From the human T2T-CHM13v2.0 reference genome, Homo sapiens, in NCBI RefSeq assembly GCF_009914755.1, contig NC_060927.1: a stretch of 64,000 bases of DNA, one strand, 5' to 3'. Made by a program: the position numbers and the translations under genes. Position 1 is the first letter of the stretch, and each line of letters begins with the position of its first letter. This document shows positions 27,981 to 44,460 of this stretch, in pieces. The notes beneath the pieces were generated by a model. The model saw only the letters and a list, made by a program, of their open reading frames with translations. It was not told the DNA's origin and ran no database searches.

Positions 27981-29058
27981 TTCCCAAATCTCTCATAATG
28001 AAGGCATTATTTTAACAATACTCTTTGTGGAAAATTTTCCATTGCATCTTCAAAGATTGCACTTTCTTCCTCAGTGTATTTCCAGAGCCTCACATCCTTT
28101 ATGGAAATAAGATAAATGAATGATTGAACACAAAAGATAAATAAATGAATGACTGAGGAAAGCAATTTTTACAAATCACATTTTCTTTAGTACTTTTTCA
28201 GTGAAATTTATGAAACATGGGCTGTTCTTCCTACCGTAATATTGTAAGATGCATATTAATATAGGAAGAAAATCATAGTATACAGCATTTTAAAACAAGT
28301 GGTTTACATGTGATGCCAAAACCAAAATAAGAACAGGAACATGATTCCTGAGATCTAGAAACTGTACCAAATACATGGGTTTTAGATTAACCATTTATTT
28401 ATCCCTTTACGTACTTTTTCATTAATTCCATTTTTAGATGAATTTTATTAGTTTAATTCCATTCTTAAACTTTTCATGCTACAGTTTCCACACAACCAAC
28501 ACTTTATACATGACTTTTCCTAAGACGATAATAATTCCTATCCCAGTTCCTGTTTGGCATCTTTTTTCCTATTTCAGTTCCCTGTTCCTAATTTTCTGCA
28601 TCTTGTCAAAAGTGCCACAATGGCACAGATAGGCATTCAAAGCCTTTTCTGGTACAAAGCAGGAGATGTACAGAGCAACAAATAGAGGCAGTCACAATGG
28701 GATGTTTCTATACTGGTTGTTCATGCGTGTGGTTCTTTGACTGCACTGCAGGTAACTAGAGATCATTTCATTTGATAACAATACAAGAAAATGATTAAAC
28801 CAAAGTTTGTGTTCCCTGGTTCCACATGAGCCATTGTTGCTCTTATTAGCCATCTCAGGAGAGGGTTCTGAGTTTGAATGGTTTCTCAGCCAAGTGTCAT
28901 TAGAAAGGCATTTGTAGTCAGCAGCCTTCACTGGACCTATGGAGTGCTCCTTTTCCAGGCCCTTCAGGGTAGTGCATAAATAACACAAGAGACACGTTTC
29001 TTACTTTTAAAAAATCTGAACTAAGGATCTTTGTTGGTGATTTTAAAAAGAATCTACT

Positions 29059-29345
<287 letters not shown>

Positions 29346-29427
29346 CTACCACTTACTACACATAATATTAAAGTCTCTTTCTTATGACTGAGGCCTTTGA
29401 AAGCTGTGAAGTAACAATAACTGTTGT

Positions 29428-29545
29428 CATTCTACAAACATTCTACAAATACTTATTGAGGGTCTACTGGGCGCCAGGAACTGTTCTAGGTGCTGGGGAT
29501 ATAGCAGTGAATAAAACAAAGTTCTTCCCTCATTGAGCCTATAAA
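29428..29545 (-). mobile_element. L2 3' end fragment
   Basis: caaatacttattgagggtctactgggcgccaggaactgttctaggtgctggggatatagcagtgaataaaaca. Confidence 0.85.
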
Positions 29546-30904
29546 ACATAGAAACAAGTAGCAATAATAACTTTAACATTGTTTTAAAGAAGGATTAAGA
29601 GGCCTTTAAAACACAATATACGGAGGAACATTACGTGGCTTATTGAGCATGCCACACCCATTGTCACTTCTTTATGAAGAAGTCCAATTTAGATGCAAAA
29701 ATCATTACAAAGTGTGGCTTTGTTTTCATCACTGCTGCTCACCTCAACTCACCTGGGAGACAGGGACAATGACTGAATGAACTGTGAAGAGGGTGGAAGA
29801 CCAATTGTCCTTGTGTTAGGCAGCAACAGGTTGAAAGGAAGAAGCACTCATTGCCCAAATCACCCCACTCCTGTGTGCCATTAACTCTCTCCTCAGGGAT
29901 TGAAGGCTGGTTGGGAAAGACAGATCTGGGTAAAGGGTCAAATGGGAACTAGGCAAAAGTCAGAACTGAACTATGTATTTTTTATAAGGCCCAGCAAGTT
30001 TCCCTGAGGTCAAACAATTTGGCAGAGTTCCAGAATCCCTTCTGTGTTTCTGTTTGTTCCAGGCTGTGGGACTGAAGCACTCCCTGCCAGTCCTCCTCTG
30101 CAACTCACCTTTGACGATACAGAATGGCTGCTAGGAAAATTCATCCTAAAGTTTTCTGTGCTGTGTTCTTTCCAACTACCTGCTTCCAAAGGAGAAATAT
30201 CTGTTAGTTCCCAAGCACAAGTACCACTTAAGACCCTGAAGCCCATTTGGATGTGATTATTTTCCAGTTATTAGCTTAATCAGAAAAACTGTGAACACAA
30301 ATAACTGCTCTGTGTATCCTCAGAGAACAAAAGGACATAAGCATTAAATTGTGGCATAAGTAACTTGTTTTAGAGATATTTTTAAAATGTAATTATTACG
30401 ATGCCTGGCTACAGTGGACTGTGGGGAGGGGTTGAACTCAGTAAACACTGTGACAAGGACTGCATCTCTCAACTTGAACCCCAGATTGTTTGATGAGACA
30501 CAAAGCCAACAGGCTAGGATGAAAAACTTTCTGAACAAATTATTTCTTTTATTTTTTTAATTTCCCTTTTATTTACTAGTCTCTCAAGGAGTGGAGGAAG
30601 TAAGGAAAGGAAATGACAAAGATAATATCCAGGCAAGTACGAGAGTTTTCCTGTACTAACTATACTCTAGGCAAAACTTTGTCACCAATGAAACTATTGG
30701 CAAGTCTCAAGGAAAAGATATTAATGTGGCTTTCCAAGACCAACCTGCTAGGGTACCTACTGGGCAGGGAGAGGGAAGGAGGTTTAAGTGTGTGGAATTA
30801 CTGTTAAAGGAATGGAAGCCAAAAGTGCTTCAGCCACCCTTGCATCAGTTACACTATCTTATACATGTATAATACGATACCACTTTGGACCACAAAAATA
30901 TTAA

Positions 30905-31060
30905 CTGTATACATATAAGCAGATAGAGTTAAGGATGTGTGTGTGTGTATATAATATACAGTTATATATAGAAATATGTGTAGGTTTGTGTGTGTATGCA
31001 TGTGTAAAACCCTATATATAGGATTAAAGATATAGATATAAATATAGATACACAGTACAG
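30905..31060. repeat. TA/TG-rich low-complexity tract
   Basis: Degenerate (TG)n/(TA)n. Confidence 0.7.
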
Positions 31061-32716
31061 ATCTAGCTGTGCACATTGACCTAGTGGTGGGGAGGGGAGC
31101 AAATATGGAAGACTTCCTAGGGTTTTTATTTTAACATTTTGGCTTGTATTATTAGCCTACAATGTCTATGCTTTACTTTTTCTTCTTTAAGAGCAGAAGG
31201 AGGGTGGTTTGTCTCTCAGACCACACTGAAGAATCGGAGAGCATCCTGTGTACCAAGCTCTTGGCAGCAGCAGACTTGTGAAAAGTACCCCACTAGCTCA
31301 GTTTCCTACGCTCTGGGAAAAGCTCTCAGGAGGCAATCCCTTCCTCCTATATACCCCACCCCTTTCCCCGCTTCTGTAGGCCTAACCCAGAGTTAGAATC
31401 TGGGGACAGACCTGGCTGGAGCCTGGAACAGGGACCCCACTGCTTCCACTGTGCAGAACAAAAAGGGCACTGCAGGGACACTCAGTGATGCTAGAGGAAT
31501 TGACCTAACCCACCAAAAGCTGCCCTGACCTTCTCTTAACAAACAGCCTGGAGTGAGCAATATCCCTGTCTTCAAAACAACTTTTAAAATGCTTGCATAA
31601 CAGAAAGAAGGCAAGTGTGCCTAGAATAAAAACCAGCTAAGGGAGAAATTACATAGCACTGGCTTAAACAGTGTGTGAACTGGTTGCAGGAAGAGAACTC
31701 CAATATATTTCTTATATATTTCACACACATTAAAAGGAGGGCTGAAAGGACATTACACAGATTATAAATTCCACTTGTCATTGGTATATATAAGTGAGAA
31801 ATAAATAGTTGTGTCAGCATTTTTGTTTCAATCCTTTGATCTCTAATTCTCACAAGCCTCTGTTTAGCAGCTAAGAGAGCTGTTAAGAGAAAGTAAAAGC
31901 AACTTTTTCAAGTCACATACAGTTCAGCTAGTTTAAAACTAAAGTCTGTCAAACACAAATCCCATACACATTCTCCTCAACACACAATTTCTCCAAAAGG
32001 AAGCTACTGCTTTATGTAAATAAAGTGAAAATTATGATGATGATGCAATTAAATGTAATTTTGGCTATTATTTATAGCTAAACAGAGTAACTTCCAGAGT
32101 AGCTGAAGTTTTGTCCTCTATGGCAGAGATACAGAGCAGAACTGAAGCCAGACTCTGCATGGAGACTGGGGAAAAGTAATGTTCAGCAACCTCACCAACT
32201 GTAAGGTAGAAAATAAAGCAAATTATTTTGTTAAAAAAACCCCACAAAATTATCTATATCCCCACATTCAGAAATAAGTACTCTTTACATTTTGATTTAT
32301 TTCCTTCTAGCTTTTTAAAATGTGAATGTTTTCTTTGTTTGCCATTAGGCTCTTACTATATTAACTGATTTTTGTGTTTGCTTTAAAAATTTTAAAGATA
32401 ATACAGGCAAAAACAGTGAAAAACTAAATGTCTTTCAACAAATGATGGTACTCATAAGGAATCTAAGTAGCTATTAAAAATAATAAAACAGATCTGTATG
32501 AAGTGACTTGTAAAGTTGTCTAGGATATGTAGTGAAGTGGAAAAAGCAAAATGCTGAACAATATGGAGTGTATGATCCCAATAAAGCAAAAAGAAACTAT
32601 GTGGCTATGTGCATGCATGTATATGTGTACATGTATTATCCTCTCCCCATATATGTTTGTGTGGTCATAGAAAAAAAGACTAGAACAGTGGTTGTCTCTG
32701 TTATAGTAAGTATATG

Positions 32717-33111
32717 TGCTATGAACTGAATGTATGTGCCCACCATAAAATTCATTTGTTGAGACCCTAACCCCAGTGTGGTCATATTTGGAGTAAGAAA
32801 ATGATTAAGTTTAAATGACATCATAAGTGTGGGGTCCGGATTTGATAGGATTAGTGACCTCATAAGAAGAGAGACCAGAGAACTCGCCCTCTCCCTCTCT
32901 CCTTGTGCATATACCAAGGAAGTGTTCTGTGAAAACACACAGAAGAGGCAGCTGTTGACAAGTCAGGAAGAAAGCCCTCATCAGAAATTGAACCTTGCCA
33001 GAACCTTGATCTTGGACTGTCTAGCTTCCAGACCTGAGAGAAAATAAATTTCTGTTGTTTAAGCCACCCAGTCTGCAGAATTTTGTTAAACAGCTCAAAC
33101 AGACTAAGACA
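32717..33111 (+). mobile_element. MLT1A-like MaLR solo LTR
   Basis: tgctatgaactgaatgtatgtgcc...aaattcat...accttgatcttggact...aataaatttctgttgtttaagccacccag...gactaagaca. Confidence 0.85.
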
Positions 33112-33444
33112 ATGTATTTCCTTTGAAATACAAAAATAAAGAACAACTATTTTTTTAAAAACAATCCTTGTGCATTGTAGACATTTTGGGAAAAAAATGA
33201 AAAATCTTACCCTAAATTTCACTCTTCTAGGATCAGCCACTGTTAACAGGTACAGAACCTTCTAGTCTTTCCTCTGTGTATACAAACATATGTATATATT
33301 TTTTACCACCATGAGACCATACAGTTCATACCATTTCAACATTTGCTATAAGAAAAAAAAAATTATCACAACTTTCCATTCTTTTAATATTCTTGTCTAA
33401 CATTATTTTTATATGTTCTATATACAGAGAAGCATATAGAATGG

Positions 33445-33795
33445 TGCTTTGACTTGAATGTGTCTCCAAAACAGTATGTGTTGGAAATTTAATCCCCAAG
33501 TGCAACACCATTGAGAGGTGAGGCCTAATGGAAACTATTTAGGTCATGAGAGCTCCACACTCATGAATGGATTAATGTCAATTATAAAATAGCTTGAGGC
33601 TGCAGGTTCAATCTCTTGCTCTTTCTCATCCTCTTTTCGCCCTTCCACCATGGGATGATGCAGCAAGAAGGCCCTTGCTAAATGCAGGCCCTTCAATCAT
33701 GGACCTCCCAGAACCATGAGCCACTAAATTTCTGTTCATTATGGATTACTCAGTCTCAGGTATTCTGTTATAGCAACACAAAATGGACTAAGACA
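33445..33795 (+). mobile_element. MSTC/MSTD-like MaLR solo LTR
   Basis: ttgaatgtgtctccaaaa...gttggaaatttaatcccca...gtctcaggtattctgttatagcaacacaaaatggactaagaca. Confidence 0.85.
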
Positions 33796-34551
33796 GATGG
33801 ATATATTATAGCTTATTTTAAATAGAAAGAAGAGACTATTATTTTGCTGGTCACAAGAGTTCTATTTCCCACCCTCCTGCAACTTTTCTAGACCTTACCC
33901 TGATCTCCCTCCAAGTGACCAGTGATGAGCTATAGGACCATGTCATAAGCAGCCACCAAAAGAAAATCATTCACTCTATGAATCTTCTTGATAATATGCT
34001 AGTGGTTGCAGATCTCTTTCATAGAATATCCTTCTATATATTTGTCAAATAAAAACAAATCTGGACTTAGTAAGAAGAGATTTTATTCAAAAAGATTATT
34101 GTAAGGGAAGATTATTGTAAGGAAACTATTGCAATGGGGGAGGAGGACTATTGTAACAGGAAGAATGCTCTGACCATGAGATCTGCAAGCATCTCAAAAG
34201 TTAGGCAAAAAAAAAAAAAAAGAAAAAGAAAAAGATTTTTTTCTTTTTCAGAGAGGAATAAATAAAGCTAGGAAGAGCCAGGTGTGAGAAAGTAGAATAA
34301 AAGATGGTGCGATCAGATAGTATATGAGAGAATGTCTGACCTCGAGACCAGCTTATTCTAAACCGGCATTGTATGCTAGCCCAGGCTGAGGGTGGGCCAA
34401 AGTTCAGGGTCCTGGAGGAAGGAAAGAAGCTTAACCAAAGTTTGAATACCAAGACTTTTGTTCCAATTGATCAATGGGACAAGCAGTTTAGCTAATCATT
34501 TATGAGGCTAAAAAAAGAAATTTTGAGGATCTATGTCGGGCCTTGTTATAG

Positions 34552-35206
<655 letters not shown>

Positions 35207-35669
35207 TAAGTCTTATTAAGTCATTTTCCAGAACACAAAGAGTGGGGGGATTTCTTACCCTTTACTGTTTTTCTGGCTCAGGTGAAATTAAACATTGTGA
35301 AATTTTGCAAATAAGGTTAAAGTCAGTTACTGGGTACCCTCAGTATTGTGTTGGGCATATTCCATAAATATTTTATAACAATCCCATAAAGTACATGCTA
35401 TTGTAAGTCCTTATTTTCATAAATAGAAACTAGCTCAAGGAGGTAACATTCTCAATATTACAAGACTAGTAAGTGAACACAGAATTTACTCAAACTCAAT
35501 TCTTTGTAATTCACTCAGTTCTCAACACTGTACTGCTTTCATCAAAGTTACATGGAAAATATTTGTAACTGGAAAGTTGGTAGGTTCCTTGGAATGTAAA
35601 CAATCGAATTATCTTGGAGTTTATATAGTCTAAGTGGAAGGTGACTTGGAGAAATGAAACTTATGTGAT

Positions 35670-35840
35670 AGAAAAAAAATACAGATTTACACATCAAACT
35701 ATCTGGCTCTGAGTCCTAGCTGCATCATTTCCTGAGGAAGAAATTTTGGGTGAGTTACTTAATTTAGTTGAGTCTCAGGTTCCCTACCTTTGTGGGGAAG
35801 AGGTTATAACAATATCTGCCTCACAGGAGCGTTTCAAGGT
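35670..35840 (+). mobile_element. MIR SINE
   Basis: gagtcctagctgcatcattt...ttgggtgagttacttaattt...tgagtctcaggttccc. Confidence 0.65.
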
Positions 35841-36856
35841 TTCTCTAATTTGTTCAGGTATATTACCTGCTTTGCAAATTACAAAACACCAGTAAAAAAT
35901 TAGTGAGTTAACCTTTATTTTCCTTCCTAATTATTGACCAACCAAACTTCAGAGGGTGCTATTAACAAGATTAAAGCTCATCAAAGTTAGCTAGAATGTT
36001 CTATAGAGTTGTTGACATGTTAAGTTGAAGCTGTTATTTACTTCTACAGATGAATATGTAGAACATTTCTAACAGGAGAATGATCCAGGGCTAATAATTT
36101 AAACCTGACAGGGTCACCTGAGATTGCAGTGCTTCATATGCAGAAGATGCGTGAAACAATTGGATAAAAAGAAACAGGGAAGCTTACAGAACACTTGACC
36201 AGTAACACTGTGTATAAAAGCTAGGAGTGCTTTACTGAGATAGTGAAAAGATATGCCTCTAGTCATAATATAGCAATGCACTCAACCCTCATTACACAGT
36301 GCTGCCTACAAATGTTGTTAGAGTTTATTCTAACTCTGTTTCCATTATAATAAAGCCCCACTTTTGAGGATTTGTAATTCAGCCAAAATAATTTGCTACA
36401 GGAATGTTTCAAAAGACCTTTTTATAACCCTTTGAATAAACCCCAACATTAGAAATTCTAAACAATAAAGACCCTGCCACTTCTAAAGCAGTTGTTGTTG
36501 GATGAGTGTTAAATTTTTGGTCACGTGGGCTTTATTTCTATTACATGAAGTTCTTCTAGATCACATCTTACTCTAGTTAATAGGCACTAAGAGGAAATGG
36601 AGGGCTTCAAAACAGATTTCTTTGGTACACTTTTTATTAAGGGAATGAACAAAAAAGGCATTTGAATATAAAGAAAAAAAGTTAAGCATGTTTGCTAGGA
36701 AGTCAATCTAGCCCTGAAAATTTAGATTTACAAAATATGAAATTTTTACTTTGCCTAAACCATATAATAAAAGCCATGTGCCTAGGGAAGTTCATTAAAT
36801 GTTTTAAGGTACTAAGCGAATGATGGGAAATACTGTAATAGAAAGATCACTTAATC

Positions 36857-37480
36857 CAGGATTTTCAAACTTCGTTCCTAGGAACATCAGATGTTAACAG
36901 TTGGCCCACGCCCAAACAAAACAAACTAAAAAAAATAAACAGGCCAGGTGCAGCAGTTCACTTCTATAATCCCAGCACTTTGGAAGGCCAAGTGGGCGGA
37001 TCACTTGAGGTCAGGAGTTCGAGACCAGCCTAGCCAACATGGCGAAACCGTGTCTCTACTGAAAATAACAAAAATTGGCCAGCCAGGATGGCATGCACCT
37101 GTAAGCCTAGCTACTCAGGAGGCTGAGGCAAGAGAATCACCTGAACCCAGGAGGCGGAGATGGCAATGAGCTGAGATCATGCCACTGCACTCAAGCCTGG
37201 GTGACAGAGTGAGACCCTGTCTCAAAAAAATAAATTAATTAATAAACAATAAACAATAAAATGAATTCCATTCATTATATAAATTTGGCTGCAAAAAAAT
37301 AAGCCCTCCTTGCAAAGACAGAGAGCAACAGCATATTGAAAAGTTAGAGAGCATCAGCATATTAAAAATCCTGAGAAATACATTTAAGCCTGTTTAATAT
37401 GTTTAAGTCAGTATTTCCCACATTCATTTTTACTATATGGCTTTTTTTTTTTTTTGCAATCAACCACTGTTAACCAGCAA
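36857..37480. mobile_element. Second Charlie4-like relic interrupted by an Alu
   Basis: ttttcaaacttcgttcctaggaaca ... cagcatattaaaaatcctgagaa...cctgtttaatatgtttaa...tttccca. Confidence 0.5.
36942..37250 (+). mobile_element. AluS
   Basis: Full dimer with an A-rich tail. Confidence 0.9.
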
Positions 37481-38758
37481 ACATCAAGAATCAGTAATTT
37501 AATCTACAGAGTAGAGATTCTCTTTGACTGCTGAGAGATCATTCACTGCATCAGAATCCCCTGTTAACAATACAAATTCCAGAACCCCAACCCCAGACTC
37601 ACTCACTCAGCCCGAGGAGTAAGAACCCATTCTGCATAGTGACACTCTCCGCATCCCTGGGATTATTATGCATATGAAGCATGGCAGCCTGTTATCCAAT
37701 AGGATAGATAACCCAAGGGTGTAAAATTGGTGGGTGCTGTTTTCTGGGATAGAATGGACACATTTTTTAAAGACAAAAATATCTTTTACTAGGAATCATT
37801 CTGTAGAGGACATATAGACAAGTAAGTGTAACACAAAAGGTGCTCTGCAAAGTGACTTTACAGAAACACAGAAAGGCCTCTGGTTGAAAAATCTCTTGTC
37901 ATCAGTCACGGCAGTCAGAATTTCAATATCAGAAATTCCATTGTTCTTGGAAGTATAAATTGAAATAACTTTTCTCAAAAGCTATTTTACATTAGATGTC
38001 AAGAGACTAAAAAATATAAAATGGCTTTAACTTAGTGATTCTACTTCTGGGAAAAAACACTTAAATTCAGAAAAAAACTTTTCATACAAAGAAGTTAATT
38101 GTAAACTTTTAATAGGGAACCTAAACCTCTGACAGTGTGTAAATAAATTAGTGTATATTCATATAATGTAGTATTAGGTATTTATACTAAAATTTATAAT
38201 AGCACAAAAAACACATTGTAATGCTAATTTTAAAAGCAAAGATAGTGGTCATGTATAGGAATTAGGGAGAGGAGAAAAGGAGGCAAATTGCCTTTTACTT
38301 TTAACTTTTAAACTCTTAGGATTTTTTGTTACAAACAACATGCATCATTTTGACAATTTTTTTAAAAGTGAGATTAAAAACAGCCTTAAGAATATAAAAA
38401 AAAAATACACCAAAACTTAATAGTGCTTACATGTAAGGAATAAGATTTGGAATAATTTTAATATTTGTCTTCAATCTTATGTGTTTACCGAATTCTTTCT
38501 TATAAATGTGTACTCCTCATATAAACATAATCTGAGCATTATTCTTTTAAAATTCTACCAGTTTGAGATAGACACTCTTATACATTACAAATGGGACTAG
38601 AAATTGGCAGAACACTTTCTGAAGACATCTGACATGAAAGTAAATTCCTTTCACAAATAGAAAACAACATAAATCATAAACGTAAATCATAAACATAAAA
38701 TAAATTTCATTTTTAAAAAATTACCAGGAAGTGTTCAGCAGAGAAGTAACCTTATCTA

Positions 38759-39177
<419 letters not shown>

Positions 39178-39402
39178 TTAGTGCATTGTGCAGTAATTTG
39201 CCCTCTAAAAGAACGAATACTGTTTGGAATCTCTTTCAGAAAACTGTAAATGGAAAATTGGATGCAATTCCTAAAACTTAAGAGCCTAGAGGAGGGACCA
39301 TGAGAACTGGGTCTTGTACCTGTGAGGAGAACGCACAGGACAATAGATGCTGTTATCTCTGAGAGTCTGCATTAGTGCTGATTCCAGAAAAGCTGCAAAC
39401 TA

Positions 39403-40235
<833 letters not shown>

Positions 40236-40419
40236 AACATGTTATATAAAACAGGCAACTTGAAAATGATTCAAAAACCCAACTATGTCACCCTTTTTGT
40301 CTTAGGAGTCCAACAATGGAGAAATATTTCCCTAGCTTTCTATAGTCTTTCCTGTATTTAACACACAATGAAACAATAGGACAGTTTCCAAAAAATACTT
40401 GAGGTCTTGTCTTAACCAT

Positions 40420-40665
40420 TTGTTAAAAAGTAAAAAGAGGTAAAATTAATTTTAATAATATTTATCATTTAACCCAATATATAAAAAATATTGCAATTTT
40501 GATATATGATCAATATAAAAAATGAGATATTTTACATTTTTTCCTTGCACTAAATTTTTGAATTCAGTGTATTTTACACTTATACCACATCTAATTTTTT
40601 CTAGCCATATTTCCAGTTCTCAATGTCACATGTAGCTAGTGACTAACTTACTAGACAACATAGTA
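40420..40665. mobile_element. MER33-like hAT MITE
   Basis: aaaattaattttaataatattt...ctagccatatttccagttctcaatgtcacatgtagctagtgact...ctagacaaca. Confidence 0.8.
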
Positions 40666-40731
40666 CTAAAGGATGAGTTTCATCCAACCAAGAGATAACT
40701 GAGAAAATATCAGCAAAAAAATGAGTGTATA

Positions 40732-40762
<31 letters not shown>

Positions 40763-40892
40763 GTATAATTATGGAGTATTACAAACAAAATGAGGACAAA
40801 GGAGGAATAATGTACAAATACTATATATTGTGAAAATAATTATTATACAAATGGGAGAAAAAGAGAGGGAAAGAGAAAAAATTTCTATGCAG

Positions 40893-41099
40893 CAGGGTCT
40901 TTTGATCTCAGCAGTTTTAACATTTTGTGTCAGATAATTCTTTGTTTTGAGAGCTGTCCTGTGTATTATAAGATATTTAGGAGCATCTCCAACCTCTACC
41001 CACTAGATGCCAGTAATATCCCCTCAGTGTGACTATCAAAAATGTCTCCATTGCCAAATGCTTCCTATGGGGCAAAATCACCCCAATTGAGAATCACTG
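40893..41099. mobile_element. MER20
   Basis: cagataattctttgt...ctctacccactagatgccagta...aaaaatgtctcca...ggggcaaaatcacccca.ttgagaatcactg. Confidence 0.9.
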
Positions 41100-42449
41100 T
41101 TGTATAGGTAATAGGTAGAAGAGTTAAAGGAGACTATTAAAACCTAATAAATCAGATAGTAAAAGATTACATGAGGAAATAGAGGTGAATAGGTATTATA
41201 AAAGATAGTACAAAGTACAAAGGTAATCACCACAACAAAAATAAATATCTTTGTAAATACTGAAAGTAAATATAAAGGAGCAAAGAACACACACCTCATA
41301 GAGAAACAAAGCAAACATTATACAACACAAATAATTATGTATATATTATATCAAAATCGAGAGCAAACATATCAGTCACATCAATACATGTAAATAGGCT
41401 GAACTCCCCTACTAAAAGAAAAATATTTTCAATTTGGCTCACAAAGCAATACCCAGCAATGTGCTGTATATAAAAGTCACATTAAGACAAAGTGATTCAG
41501 AACTAATAAAAGGATGGATAAATGTACCAGGCAAATGGAAACAGTAAGAAAGCTATAGTAGCAACTCTGATATCAGAACTCAAGCCGAGAAAGCAGTATA
41601 CGTAACAAAGAAGAGAATGTTTACATGCTAAAAGCTAAAATTCACAAGAATATTTATTATAAATTTCTTATAATTTGTATTTCTTATAACCAAATAATAT
41701 AGCAATCACCTTTATAAAGCAAAAGCTATAGAGATGCAATGAGACAGAGATTAAAACACTAATAATAGAAGACTAACACACTATTATCAACATAAGTCAC
41801 ATCAAGTACTGTCCTATCAGTAAGGATATAGAAGACCTAAACAACACAGTCAGTAAGTTTGTTCTGATGGCTATATATCAAAATTTGTGCACTGATTAGA
41901 GAGAATAGCACTTTTTCTCAAGTGCTTACTAAACACTATAAAATTAATTAAATATTAAGCTGCAAACAAAACATCAGTAGCTTCCATAAAGTGGAGATAT
42001 TAAAGCAATAATCTATGATCACAAAATCAAATTAGAAATTACTAATAAGGTAAAAAAAGGAAGATCCTTCCACCTAGAACTTTAAAAAGAAACACCTATT
42101 TAGCAACTCTTGGGTAAAAGAGAAAATATAATCCAAAATTACAGAATGTTTAAAAAATAATAAAAATGAAAACACTTCATAGCATAATTTGTTTGAACAC
42201 ATTTACAGTAGTAACCAGAGGAAATCATACCACTAAACACTTAACCAATAAAAATAGAAGAATGAAAATAAGTAAGTTATATTTCCAACTCACAAATGAG
42301 GTAGAAGAAGCAACAAAATAAACCAAAAGAATTTATAAACAGGAAAATCAGGAAGATATGCAAAAATTTGTAGGTGGAGAATAGAAAAACAGTAGAACTA
42401 ATTAATATATCCAAATCCTGCCTCTTGGGAAAAAATGAACAAATTGCTA

Positions 42450-42893
<444 letters not shown>

Positions 42894-43101
42894 CTAGAAA
42901 GGAATGATAATTTCTAGAGCAATATAACCAAAACTGATCCCATTAGAGAGTAAAAGCTTGAATAGAATGATTTCTTTAAACAAAATAATGTTATCAAGGA
43001 ATTATCCCACCAAAAGCACTGGGCTAAGACAGTTTCACAGGGAATTTTTACCAAACCTTTAAAGAACAGAGACTACTAGTGCTCCATATATTGTTCCAGA
43101 G

Positions 43102-43433
43102 TAGGGGTCCCCAACCTTCAGGCCATGGACCAGTGCTGACCCATGACCTGTTAGGAACTGGGCCACACAGCAGAAGGTGAATGAGCATTACCGACTGAGC
43201 TTTGCCTTCTGTCAGATCATCAGCAGCATTCACTTCCCATAAGAGTGCAAACCCTATTGTGAACTCCACATGTGAGGGAACTAGGTTGTTCTCCTCATGA
43301 GAATCTAATGCCTGATGATCTGAGGTGGAACAGGTTCATCCGGAAACCATCTCCCCCAACCCCCAATCCCTTGTGTGGAAAAATTGTCTTCCACGAAATT
43401 GGTCCCTGGTGCCAAAACATTTGGGGACTACCG
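43102..43433. mobile_element. MER1B-like hAT MITE
   Basis: aggggtccccaacc ... ggtccctggtgccaaaa..ttggggact; 8-bp TSD TTCCAGAG. Confidence 0.9.
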
Positions 43434-44460
43434 TTCCAGAGCATTGAAAATGAGCAAACCGACTTACTTCTTTTAAAGAAGGAAGTAGAACATTGATAAT
43501 TATATCTAAAAGTACAAACAAATGAAAACTAAAGACCAGTGAATATCCATGCAAAAGTGCTAGGTAAAATGTTGGCCAGCAGTGTCCAAACCTAAGGAAG
43601 AAAATAACACACCATGATCAAGTAAGATTTACCCCAGAAATCCAAGGTGTATTCCACATTATTTAAATCCACTAATATAATAAACTATCTTAATAGATCT
43701 GAGGGGAAAATGTGTTTATTTTTATAAATGCTGAAGAAAAACTTTGACAAATTCAACACTCATTTCTGGTAAGAAAGTTACTCAGAGAATAAAAATTGGT
43801 GGATATTTTCTTAACTACCTAAAATACATACACCTTAGCCTTAAAAAGTCTTAATGAGGAAACACTTGAGGCATTTTTCACTAAGATTCAGGAACAGGCA
43901 AGAAGGCCAAATATCTCCATTACTATTCAACTTTGTAGTAGAGGTATTAGTCAATGCACATAAATAAGAGGAATCAACCGAAGGCATGAGAATTGTTAAA
44001 GACAAGTAAAACTACCTCTATTAAGTAGATGATATGCTAGTGCACATAAAAACCCCCAGAAATTTGAAGGTAAAACTGGCCCCAATAATAAATGAATGAA
44101 TAAGTCAGGACATAAAATTAACATTCAATAATCAATAGTCTTCATCTACACAAATAATAACCAGTTAGAGAAAATAATAGTAGACAAATTCCCAATAATG
44201 ACACCAATGGAGAAAATTAAATATTTAGAAATAAACTTAAGAAATGTGCAAGACTTGTGAGGAAAGCTTTAAATCAATCCTGAAAGTCACAAAAATAGAT
44301 GTAAATGAACAAAAAGGCATTTTCTCTTGTTGGATACTACAATGCAGCAGAATAAAGCTGTCAGTTCTCCCCAAAGTGAATTTATTAATTTGATGAAATC
44401 CCATTAAATATAGTCACAGCTTATTTATGAAGCTAGATAAGTTGACAAAAAGGTTCATAG

